A DNA stretch of 64,000 nucleotides, taken from an uncultured bacterium. Lineage in GTDB: Bacteria > JAUVQV01 > CAWCAY01. A program made the position numbers and the translations under genes. The notes under the pieces were generated by a model, which made no database searches, had not been told where the DNA came from, and saw only the letters and a list, made by a program, of their open reading frames with translations. Numbering within the stretch: the stretch's first letter is position 1; every line of letters starts with the position of its first letter. The stretch is from assembly GCA_963793725.1 (NCBI GenBank), contig CAWCAY010000004.1, forward strand, positions 113,295 through 177,294, in the 5' to 3' direction. Shown one piece after another: positions 8,820 to 17,409 of the stretch.

Positions 8820-11800
8820 GCGCCGCTGTCGCGAGGAGTGCGGACCGGATGGGGCGCCTGCTGGTCGCGGCCGCCCTGCTGGCCGCGGCCGTCCCCGCCG
8901 GGGCGGTCTCGAGGGTCGACCTGGTCGGCCTGGTGCCTGCCGGCAAGCCGGTGGCCGTGGCCGTGGACGACGCCTTCCGCATCTACGCCGCCCAGGAGGA
9001 CGACGGCACGGTCTGGGTCCTCACCGACCAGGGGACCCTGCTGATGAAGCTGGGCGGCAAGGATGCCGCCGGCAAGCCGATCCTCAAGAAGCCGAGCCGC
9101 ATCAGCGTCGCCGGCGACCGTGTCTACGTGTCCGACTCGTCGCTCGACCGCATCGCCGTCTTCTCCCGCGAGGGGGCCTACATCGAATCGATCGGCAACG
9201 GCAGCGGCAACAAGTCCTTCAGCAGTCCCCGGGGCGTCCTGGTGCACGGCGGGGTCATCTACGTGGCCGACACCGGCAACGACCGGGTCCAGATCCTGGG
9301 ACCCAACGGCGTCTTCATGGAGAGCATCCAGAAGCTGCCGCTGCAGGACCCGCTGGGCGAGCCGATCGACGTCGCCGTGACCGCCGGGGGATCGGTGGTG
9401 GTCCTGGACAACAAGATCCGCGCGATCAGGACTTTCAATTCGCGCGGGGAGCCGACGTCCCGGTTCGCCTCGTTCGACGATCCGGTCGGCCTGGCCGCGG
9501 ACGCGGAAGGGGTGTACGTGGCCGACGCCGGCCGTTACCGTCTCTTCAAGTACTCCTACGACGGCAAGGAGATCTTCGCCTTCGGCTCGAAGGGGAAGGA
9601 GAAGGGGCAGTTCCTGGGCGACATCACCGGGGTGGCCCTCGACGCCGAGGGGCGCGTGTACGTCAGCGACGTCGACAAGGGGATGGTGATGATCTTCCGG
9701 CCGGACCGGGCCGCCGTCGAGGCCGGGGTGGTCGCCCCGCCCCAGGCGGTCAGGTGGCTCGGCACGGTGGCCGACGTCCCGGTAGGCGAGGTCACCTGGG
9801 GGAGCGACGGCAAGCTGTACGCCGTCTCATCCAAGGGGGATGCGGTGCTGGTGATTTCCGGCGGGCAGATCGAGCGGACGATACCCGTCCCCAAGACCGA
9901 CCTGGCCTCCGTGGCCCGGGACGCCCAGGGGGGGCTGTGGGTCGTGGACGGCAAGAAGGAGCGGGTCCTGCTGGTCGACGACGCGGGCAAGACGGCCCGG
10001 CAGATCTCGGCCGCGGGCAGCAAGGAGGGCTACCTGGACGAGCCGGCCGACCTGGCCATCAACAGCAAGGGGGTCCTCTTCGTCGCCGACCGGGGGAACA
10101 ACCGGGTGCAGGCCTTCAGTCCCGACGGGCTCTGCCTCCAGATCCTCAACCGTGACCGGACGCCGTCCGGGCCGCCGGAGCCGTTGGCGGTGGCCGTCGA
10201 CCCGGAGGACAATCTCTTCATTCTCGACCGGCTGAGCCGGACGGTCACCATGTACTCCGCCGACGGCCGCCTCACGGGGCGTTTCGGCGGCGAGAAGGTG
10301 TTCGAGAAACCGGTGTCGCTGGCGGTCACCCGGCAGGAGATCTTCGTCCTGGACGGCGCCGGCGAGGTGAAGATCTTCGCCAAGAACGGCGACTACCTCC
10401 GCCGTTTCGCGTCCCGCGGCACCGGCCGGGGCGACCTGATGGAGCCGGAATCCATTGCCGTCAAGAGCGACACCGAAATCCTGGTGTCGGACACCGGCAA
10501 TGGGCAGGTCGATCTCTTCGGCATCGTCTACACTCCCGGCGTGCCCGTGGAGCTGGCCGCCCGGCCGGGGATGCGATCGGCCAGCCTGACCTGGACGAGG
10601 AATTCGGAGGCCTACGTCGGCGAGTACCGCGTCTACCGTGCCGTTACCGGCGGCCGCCCGGAACTGCTCGGCGCGGTCACCACCAACACCTACCAGGACA
10701 ACGGCCTCGAGCCCGAGACGACCTACGAATACTCCGTCTCGGCGGTTGCCCGGGACGGCAACGAGGGGGGGCGCAGCCTGATCGTCGAGGCGGTCCCCAG
10801 CCGCCTGATGGCCGCGACGCCCTCCGGTCTCACGGCGTCGACCACCGAGGAGGTGGTCACGCTTTCCTGGGCGCCCAACGCCGAGCCGCATGTCCGGGAG
10901 TACCGCGTCTACCGGGAGACCGACGGCATCCCCCGGCAAATCGGCGCGCTGGCCGGCACCGGCTTCGAGGACAAGGGTCTGGAGACCGAGACGGGCTACG
11001 TCTACCACCTGACGGCGGTCAGCACCGACGGGGTCGAGAGCGGCCGGGCGACCGTCAAGGCGATGACCAAGGCGCCCACCAAGCCGCCGATCGAGATCGA
11101 CATCGTCAACCTGAGCAACGTCTTCTCCAACTCGTACAAGATCTACGAGACGGAGGGGATCGGCCGGATCCGCCTGGTCAACAACACCGTCGACCGGATC
11201 TCGCGCCTCAAGATCTCCTTCACCATGCAGAACTTCATGGACTTCCCCTGGGAGGTGACCGTCGAGGACGTCCCGCCGGGCGCCGGCCCGGAAATCCCGC
11301 TGAAGGCGGTGTTCAACAACAGGATTCTCGAGGTTTCCGAGGACACGCCGGTCCAGATCGAGGTCAAGGTGACCTACTTCCGCAGCCAGCGGCCGATCAC
11401 CATCACCCGCAGCCACACCGTCAACGTCTTCGACAAGCACCGGATGATGTGGGACACCAAGGACCGGTTCGCCGCCTTCATCACCCCCAAGGACCCGCCG
11501 ATCATCGAGTTCGGCCGGTCGGTGGCGGTCCTGTATCCGGAGGCCGACAACCCGCTCGTCTCGGCCGGGGTGCTGTTCGAGGCCCTGGGCGCCCGCGGCA
11601 TGATGTACATCGCCGACCCGAGCAACCCCTACCAGATCGTCTCCGAGAAGGCCGACACGGTCGACTACATCCAGTACCCGCAGGAGACGCTGAAGCGCAA
11701 CAGCGGCGACTGCGACGACCTGGTGGCCCTGTACGCCTCGATCCTCGAAAGCCTCGGCATCCGGGCCATCGTGCTGGACGTGCCGGGGCACATGTTCATG

Positions 11801-12523
11801 ATGTTCTCGAGCACCATCCCGGCCGCCAGCGGCATCGACACGATGGAGGGGATGTTCGTCGAGCACGAGGGCCAGTTGTGGGTGCCGGTGGAGGCGACCC
11901 TGGTCGGCCGCCCGTTCATCAAGGCCTGGGAGGAGGGGAGCAAGGCCTATGCCACCTGGCTCGGCAAGGGGCTCCAGCGGATGGACATCCGCGCGCTGTG
12001 GGACCGGTTCAAGCCGGCCAGCCTGCCGACGACCGACCTGCGCATCGCCGGGGTCGACCGCCCGTCGGCCGAACGCCTGTTCCAGGGCGAACTGAAGACG
12101 CTGCGCAAGATCTGGATCAGGTACCAGGGCTACCGCGAGGTCGAGATCCTGCGCCGGGAGCCGGACAACGTCGGGGCGCTGGTCAGCCTGGGAGTCCTCT
12201 ACGGCCAGGCGGGCGAACTGGAGGAGTCGCTCGAACTGCTCGGCCGGGCGGTGGAGCTGGCCCCCGAGAACGCCGCCGCGCAGAACAACTACGGCAACAT
12301 CCTGTTCCTGTCGGGCAAGTTTGCCGAGGCCCAGGTGGCGTACCAGGTGGCTTCGGAGATCGACCGGAAGGACCCCTACATCCTGGTCAACCTGGCCAGG
12401 GTATGCCTGCGGTCGGGCGAGAAGAAGCTGGCCAGCGAGGCGTTCGCCCGGGCGGTCGACCTCGATCCGGGGGTCAAGGGGCAGTTCCGCGGCATGGCCA
12501 TCGAGCTTTCGGGGGCATACTGA
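8816..12523 (+). CDS. Large exported NHL beta-propeller / fibronectin III / transglutaminase-like / TPR protein
   Basis: True start is probably ATG 8816, overlapping the cyclase stop (ATGA). Signal-peptide-like N-terminus, many NHL repeats (IYVADTGNDRVQI, LFVADRGNNRVQAF), two FN3-like units (YRVYR, YEYSVSAV), GDCDDL/GHMF/VEAT triad, C-terminal TPRs. Confidence 0.85.
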   Translation: MSAAVARSADRMGRLLVAAALLAAAVPAGAVSRVDLVGLVPAGKPVAVAVDDAFRIYAAQEDDGTVWVLTDQGTLLMKLGGKDAAGKPILKKPSRISVAGDRVYVSDSSLDRIAVFSREGAYIESIGNGSGNKSFSSPRGVLVHGGVIYVADTGNDRVQILGPNGVFMESIQKLPLQDPLGEPIDVAVTAGGSVVVLDNKIRAIRTFNSRGEPTSRFASFDDPVGLAADAEGVYVADAGRYRLFKYSYDGKEIFAFGSKGKEKGQFLGDITGVALDAEGRVYVSDVDKGMVMIFRPDRAAVEAGVVAPPQAVRWLGTVADVPVGEVTWGSDGKLYAVSSKGDAVLVISGGQIERTIPVPKTDLASVARDAQGGLWVVDGKKERVLLVDDAGKTARQISAAGSKEGYLDEPADLAINSKGVLFVADRGNNRVQAFSPDGLCLQILNRDRTPSGPPEPLAVAVDPEDNLFILDRLSRTVTMYSADGRLTGRFGGEKVFEKPVSLAVTRQEIFVLDGAGEVKIFAKNGDYLRRFASRGTGRGDLMEPESIAVKSDTEILVSDTGNGQVDLFGIVYTPGVPVELAARPGMRSASLTWTRNSEAYVGEYRVYRAVTGGRPELLGAVTTNTYQDNGLEPETTYEYSVSAVARDGNEGGRSLIVEAVPSRLMAATPSGLTASTTEEVVTLSWAPNAEPHVREYRVYRETDGIPRQIGALAGTGFEDKGLETETGYVYHLTAVSTDGVESGRATVKAMTKAPTKPPIEIDIVNLSNVFSNSYKIYETEGIGRIRLVNNTVDRISRLKISFTMQNFMDFPWEVTVEDVPPGAGPEIPLKAVFNNRILEVSEDTPVQIEVKVTYFRSQRPITITRSHTVNVFDKHRMMWDTKDRFAAFITPKDPPIIEFGRSVAVLYPEADNPLVSAGVLFEALGARGMMYIADPSNPYQIVSEKADTVDYIQYPQETLKRNSGDCDDLVALYASILESLGIRAIVLDVPGHMFMMFSSTIPAASGIDTMEGMFVEHEGQLWVPVEATLVGRPFIKAWEEGSKAYATWLGKGLQRMDIRALWDRFKPASLPTTDLRIAGVDRPSAERLFQGELKTLRKIWIRYQGYREVEILRREPDNVGALVSLGVLYGQAGELEESLELLGRAVELAPENAAAQNNYGNILFLSGKFAEAQVAYQVASEIDRKDPYILVNLARVCLRSGEKKLASEAFARAVDLDPGVKGQFRGMAIELSGAY

Positions 12524-12559
12524 TCAGTTCCTTTCTTGGCAGCTGAGGAGGTGGAAGCC

Positions 12560-12955
12560 ATGAGGATCATCCTGGTAGTGGCGCTGTGCATCGGGTTGTC
12601 AGCCGGCCCGGTGCTGGCCCAGGAGACGGGTTCGGGGGGCGGCTTCTGGAACGACTTGAAGTCGGTGATCGAGAAGCTGGTCCCGGTCAAGAAGAGCGTC
12701 GAGACCACCGCCGTAGGAGGGGTGCGGGGGGCCAAGGACACCACCGGCGACGGGCTCTACTGGAAGAGCGAGGAACGCAACCTGCAGGTCAACGAGTCCG
12801 AGCTGGGCGCCTTCAAGCAGGCCCTGGACCTGGTGGTCGCCGGCAAGAGGGTCGAGGCCCAGGCCGGATTCGAGCAGTTCCTGGTCGCCTATCCCCAGAG
12901 CGGCTTGGCCGAGGACGCCCGCAAGGCCATCGAGACCCTGAAGGCCGGTCAGTAG
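12560..12955 (+). CDS. Small secreted protein with C-terminal TPR-like (CpoB/BamD-like) helix pair
   Basis: GAGGAGG upstream; signal peptide ending VLA|QE; FEQFLVAYPQSGLAEDA motif. Confidence 0.72.
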   Translation: MRIILVVALCIGLSAGPVLAQETGSGGGFWNDLKSVIEKLVPVKKSVETTAVGGVRGAKDTTGDGLYWKSEERNLQVNESELGAFKQALDLVVAGKRVEAQAGFEQFLVAYPQSGLAEDARKAIETLKAGQ

Positions 12956-13088
12956 GCGCCGCCGATCCGAGCATTGCCGGCTGGGGAATTCCCCTGGCCG
13001 GCTGGGAGTCCAGGCCGCTTTCGCGAATGTGGGCACAAGCGGCAGGGCGTTGTTTTGTAAGGGCCGAGGGGAATAGAGCAATATCTCC

Positions 13089-13117
13089 TTGACACAAATA
13101 AAATGCTTTTTTACATT
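13089..13117 (+). promoter_or_regulatory. Putative sigma70 promoter of the nuo operon
   Basis: TTGACA (13089-13094), 17-bp AT-rich spacer, TACATT (13112-13117), upstream of nuoA. Confidence 0.7.
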
Positions 13118-13172
13118 GGGGCTCTGAATATCAGGCGTTGAATCCGGACAGACGACGAAGGAGGCCGGCCCG

Positions 13173-13538
13173 ATGAACGAAACCGCGGCGCGATTTGGCC
13201 CGGTGGGACTCTTCCTGGTCATCGCTCCGATCATGGGGATGATCTTCCTTTCCATCGGCGCCCTCTTCCGTCCCCACCGGCCGACCCGCGAGAAGTCGCT
13301 GCCGTACGAGTGCGGCATGGACAAGGCGGACGACCCCAACCGCCCCCACCACCCGCGGTTCGCCTTCATGGCCATGCTGCTGGTCCTGTTCGACGTCGAG
13401 GCGGCCTTCCTCGTCCCCTGGGCGCTGGGCGCTCGCGAGCTGGGGGTGCGGGGGCTGGTGGTGATGATCCTCTTCCTGGCGGTTCTCTTCGTCGGGTATG
13501 CCTACCTCTGGCGGCGGGGAGACCTGGAGTGGGACTGA
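13173..13538 (+). CDS. nuoA: NADH-quinone oxidoreductase subunit A
   Basis: [22 protein letters not shown]-terminal GDLEWD. Confidence 0.95.
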   Translation: MNETAARFGPVGLFLVIAPIMGMIFLSIGALFRPHRPTREKSLPYECGMDKADDPNRPHHPRFAFMAMLLVLFDVEAAFLVPWALGARELGVRGLVVMILFLAVLFVGYAYLWRRGDLEWD

Positions 13539-14011
13539 CCGACTACAAGACCCGCGAGGGGGGCGCCATCCTGACTTCCGTGGCCCAGGTGATCAACTGG
13601 TGCCGCGGGTCGTCGGTCTTTCCGCTCACCTACGGCCTGGCCTGCTGCGCCATCGAGATGATGCACACTTCCACGTCGCGCTACGACATCTCCCGCTTCG
13701 GTTCGGAGGCCTTCCGGCCGTCGCCGCGCCAGGCCGACATGATGATCGTGGCCGGAACGGTGACCCACAAGATGGCCCCGCACCTGCGCCGGCTGTACGA
13801 GCAGATGCCCGACCCCAAGGTGGTCCTGGCGATGGGGAGCTGCGCCACCACCGGCGGAGGCTTCCGCACCTACAGCACCCTCCAGGGGGTCGACCGGATC
13901 GTGCCGGTCGACGTCTACGTGGAAGGCTGTCCGCCGCGCCCGGAGAACCTGCTCAAGGGACTGATGGAGATCCAGGCGCTGATCAAGTCCCGAAAGACCC
14001 TCGGGTGGTGA
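13529..14011 (+). CDS. nuoB: NADH-quinone oxidoreductase subunit B
   Basis: GTG start overlapping nuoA; [36 protein letters not shown]. Confidence 0.95.
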   Translation: MGLTDYKTREGGAILTSVAQVINWCRGSSVFPLTYGLACCAIEMMHTSTSRYDISRFGSEAFRPSPRQADMMIVAGTVTHKMAPHLRRLYEQMPDPKVVLAMGSCATTGGGFRTYSTLQGVDRIVPVDVYVEGCPPRPENLLKGLMEIQALIKSRKTLGW

Positions 14012-14502
14012 GCTTGCCGGCCGACCCGAAGCGTCTGGCGGTGCTCGAGAACCTTGTATCCGGGCGGCTGGCGTCCATGGAGGCCAGCCTGGTCCTGTGC
14101 GGCGACGACCCCTGCCTCGACCTCTCCCCCGCCTGCTGGCGCGAGGCGGCCCGGGTGATCCGGGACGACCCCTCGGCGGGCTACACCGCCTTCTGCTGCC
14201 TGACCGGGATCGACCGCCACCCGCTGCAGCCCCGATTCGAGATTCTCTGCCACCTCCGCTCGCCGGACGCGAGGGACCGCCTGGTGCTGCGGACGCGCGT
14301 CCCGGAGTCGGCTCCGTCCGTCCCGTCGCTGGCCGGGATATGGAAGGGGGCCGAGTGGTACGAGCGCGAGGCCTTCGACCTCCTCGGCATCGACTTCGCC
14401 GGCCACCCCGACCTCCGGCGGATCATGATGCCGGCAGGCTACCAGGGGCACCCGCTGCGCAAGGACTTCCCCCTCGAAGGGGACACCGAGGGGGCCCGAT
14501 GA
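14008..14502 (+). CDS. nuoC: NADH-quinone oxidoreductase subunit C
   Basis: [23 protein letters not shown]...GHPLRKDFP; GTGA overlap with nuoB. Confidence 0.93.
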   Translation: MSLPADPKRLAVLENLVSGRLASMEASLVLCGDDPCLDLSPACWREAARVIRDDPSAGYTAFCCLTGIDRHPLQPRFEILCHLRSPDARDRLVLRTRVPESAPSVPSLAGIWKGAEWYEREAFDLLGIDFAGHPDLRRIMMPAGYQGHPLRKDFPLEGDTEGAR

Positions 14503-15668
14503 AAGGCCGGAACCTGACCATCAACATGGGGCCGCAGCACCCCAGCACCCACGGCGTGCTGCGCTTGGTGGTCGAGCTCGACGGCGAGAAGGTGGTCCGG
14601 GCGGTGCCCGACGTGGGCTTCCTGCACCGGGGGATCGAGAAGCTGGCCGAGCACCGCACCTGGGAGCAGTTCCTGCCGTTCACCGACCGGCTCGACTACG
14701 TGGCCGCGTCGGCCGGCAACCTGGCCTACTGCCTGGCGGTGGAGAAGCTGATGGCCATGGATGTGCCCCGCCGCGCCTCCTGGATCAGGGTCATGCTGGC
14801 CGAGGTGGCCCGCATCTCGTCGCACCTCATCTGGCTAGGCAGCAGTTGCCTCGACCTCGGCGCCATGGCCCCGATGTTCTACGCCTTCGCCGACCGGGAA
14901 CGAACCTGGGACCTGTTCGAGATGTCGGGCGGCGCCCGCATGACCCACTCCTTCATGCGCCTCGGGGGCCTGCGCAACGACCTCGACGCCGCCACGCTGC
15001 GGGCCTTCGGCGAATTCTGCGACTACTTCCCGTCGAGCATCGACCGGTTCGAGGAGCTGCTGACCAACAACCCGCTCTTCCGCTCCCGGACGATCGGCAT
15101 CGGCCGCATGGACGGGGCCGAGATGCTGAACCGGGGGGTGACCGGGCCGATAGCCCGCGCCTCGGGCGTCGACTGGGACCTGCGCCGCGACGATCCCTAT
15201 GCCGCCTACGGCGAGATGAGCTTCGAGGTGCCCCTCGGCCGGTCGGGCGACGTCTACGACCGCTACCTGGTCAGGATGGCCGAGATGCGCCAGAGCGTCA
15301 GGATCATCCGCCAGGTGCTCGACGGTCTGCCGGAGGGGGACTGGCGCTCGCGGGACCCCCGCTACGTCCGGCCGTCCAAGGAGGACGCCCTGAATTACGT
15401 AGAGGCGATGACCCGCTACTTCTACCTGGCCGCCGAGGGGCCCGCCCCGCCGGCCGGGGAAGCCTACGCCGCGGTCGAGGCCCCCAAGGGGGAGTTCGGG
15501 TTCTACGTCAAGAGCGACGGCACCGCCTACCCCGCCCGGGTCAAGATCAGGACGCCCAGCTTCGCCAACCTGGCCGCCCTGCCGGCCATGATCCAGGGCC
15601 TCTACCTGTCCGACGTGGTGGCCGTCATCGGCAGCATCGACATCGTCCTGGGAGAGGTGGACCGCTGA
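14499..15668 (+). CDS. nuoD: NADH-quinone oxidoreductase subunit D
   Basis: NMGPQHPSTHGVLRL, GFLHRGIEK, RLDY, EAPKGE, C-terminal IDIVLGEVDR. Confidence 0.96.
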   Translation: MKGRNLTINMGPQHPSTHGVLRLVVELDGEKVVRAVPDVGFLHRGIEKLAEHRTWEQFLPFTDRLDYVAASAGNLAYCLAVEKLMAMDVPRRASWIRVMLAEVARISSHLIWLGSSCLDLGAMAPMFYAFADRERTWDLFEMSGGARMTHSFMRLGGLRNDLDAATLRAFGEFCDYFPSSIDRFEELLTNNPLFRSRTIGIGRMDGAEMLNRGVTGPIARASGVDWDLRRDDPYAAYGEMSFEVPLGRSGDVYDRYLVRMAEMRQSVRIIRQVLDGLPEGDWRSRDPRYVRPSKEDALNYVEAMTRYFYLAAEGPAPPAGEAYAAVEAPKGEFGFYVKSDGTAYPARVKIRTPSFANLAALPAMIQGLYLSDVVAVIGSIDIVLGEVDR

Positions 15669-16138
15669 TGGCCACCCTCAAGCCGGGCACCGTCCGCCGC
15701 CTGGAGGAGCTCTTCGGCGACTTCCGGGACCGTCCCTCGGCCCTCATCCCGGCGCTCTACATCGTCCAGGAGGAGGAGAACCACCTGACCAGCGACAACC
15801 TGTCGGCCTTGGCCGACCTGCTCGACATGCCCAAGTCGTCGGTCTACGAGACGGCCACCTTCTACTCGCTCTACTCCTTCACCCTCCAGGGAAGGCACGT
15901 CATCCGCCTCTGCCGGAGCATCTGCTGCTGGCTCAACGGCAGCGACGCGCTGGAGGAGGCGGTCAGGGCTTCCTTGGGGATCGGCTTCGAGCAGGTCACC
16001 CCCGACGGGCGTTTCGTCCTGAAGCATTCCGAGTGCCTGGCGGCCTGCGACCGGGCGCCGGCCATCCAGGTGGACGACCGGATCTTCGGGCCGGTGACCC
16101 CGGCGGACATCCCCGGCATCCTGGAGGAGTTCCCGTGA
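15668..16138 (+). CDS. nuoE: NADH-quinone oxidoreductase subunit E
   Basis: ATFYSLY, CRSICC...ECLAAC 2Fe-2S ligands. Confidence 0.93.
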   Translation: MATLKPGTVRRLEELFGDFRDRPSALIPALYIVQEEENHLTSDNLSALADLLDMPKSSVYETATFYSLYSFTLQGRHVIRLCRSICCWLNGSDALEEAVRASLGIGFEQVTPDGRFVLKHSECLAACDRAPAIQVDDRIFGPVTPADIPGILEEFP

Positions 16139-17409
16139 CCGACCAGTTCTTCGTCGCCTACCGGGACATCGACGCGCCGGGGATAGGCGCCCTCGACGGC
16201 TACGAGCGCCACCGGGGGTACCAGGCGCTGCGCCAGGTGCTGACCACGATGACCCCCGAGGACGTCATCGAGACGATCAAGCGCTCCCGCCTCCACGGCC
16301 GGGGCGGGGCGGCCTTCCCGACCGGGCTCAAGTGGGAGTTCGTCTTCCAGGACCACAAGACCCCCAAGTACGTCGTCTGCAACGCCGAGGAGGGGGAGCC
16401 GGGGACCTTCAAGGACCGACCGATACTGGAGCGCGTCCCCCACCGGCTGGTGGAGGCGATGATCATCGCCGGGTACGCCATCGGCGCGCGGCGCGGGTAC
16501 GCCGTCTTCCGGGGAGAGTTCATCGGCCCGGCCGCCTCGGTCCGGAAGGCCATCGCCGAGGCAAAGGCAGCGGGGTACCTGGGCGAGAACATCCTCGGCT
16601 CCGGCTTCTCGTACGACCTCCAGGTCTACCGCACTGCCGGCGCCTACATCTGCGGCGAGGAGACGGCCCTGCTGGAGGCTCTCGAGGGACGCGCCGGGCT
16701 GGTCCGCATCCGGCCGCCGTTCCCGGTCAATGCCGGCCTCTGGGCGCGCCCGACGGTCCTCAACAACGTCGAGACCTTCGCCAACGTGCCCGACATCATC
16801 CTCAACGGGCCCGAGTGGTTCGCCCAGCGCGGGACGGACAAGTTCCCCGGGACGAAGATCTACTGCCTGTCGGGGCACGTCAACCGCCCCGGCATCTACG
16901 AGTTTCCCGCCGGCATCACGCTGCGGGAGCTGATCTACGAGCACGGCGGGGGCATCCCCGGAGGGCGGAAGATCAAGGCGGTCTTCCCCGGCGGGGCTTC
17001 CAGCTCCTGCCTGACGCCCGAGTCGCTCGACATCGTGCTCGACTATGCCTCGGTGGCCGTGGCCGGGTCGATGCTGGGCTCCGGGGCGATCATCGTGTGC
17101 GACGAGTCCACCTGCATGGTGGCCGCGGCGCGCCGGCTAGCCTCGTTCTTCAGGCACGAGTCGTGCGGCAAGTGCATCCCCTGCCGCGAGGGGACCGAGC
17201 ACATCCACCGGACCCTCACCCGGATCACCGAAGGGCAGGGGACGATGGGCGACGTCGACAACCTGGTGGACCTCTGCCAGATCATCCGCCAGACCGCTTT
17301 CTGCGGCCTGGGGCAGGCGGCCGTCAACCCCGTCCTGTCGACCGTCAAGCACTTCAGGCAGGAGTACGAGGACCACTGCTCCGGGAGGGGGTGCCGCCAT
17401 GGCGGCTGA
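16135..17409 (+). CDS. nuoF: NADH-quinone oxidoreductase subunit F
   Basis: GRGGAAFPTGLKW, EPGTFKDR, AYICGEETAL, ESCGKCIPCREG. Confidence 0.95.
   Translation: MTDQFFVAYRDIDAPGIGALDGYERHRGYQALRQVLTTMTPEDVIETIKRSRLHGRGGAAFPTGLKWEFVFQDHKTPKYVVCNAEEGEPGTFKDRPILERVPHRLVEAMIIAGYAIGARRGYAVFRGEFIGPAASVRKAIAEAKAAGYLGENILGSGFSYDLQVYRTAGAYICGEETALLEALEGRAGLVRIRPPFPVNAGLWARPTVLNNVETFANVPDIILNGPEWFAQRGTDKFPGTKIYCLSGHVNRPGIYEFPAGITLRELIYEHGGGIPGGRKIKAVFPGGASSSCLTPESLDIVLDYASVAVAGSMLGSGAIIVCDESTCMVAAARRLASFFRHESCGKCIPCREGTEHIHRTLTRITEGQGTMGDVDNLVDLCQIIRQTAFCGLGQAAVNPVLSTVKHFRQEYEDHCSGRGCRHGG

Noticed and set aside
13027-13038. TGTGGGCACA palindrome upstream of the nuo promoter as a CRP site
   Set aside because: Does not fit TGTGA-N6-TCACA spacing; too short to be significant.
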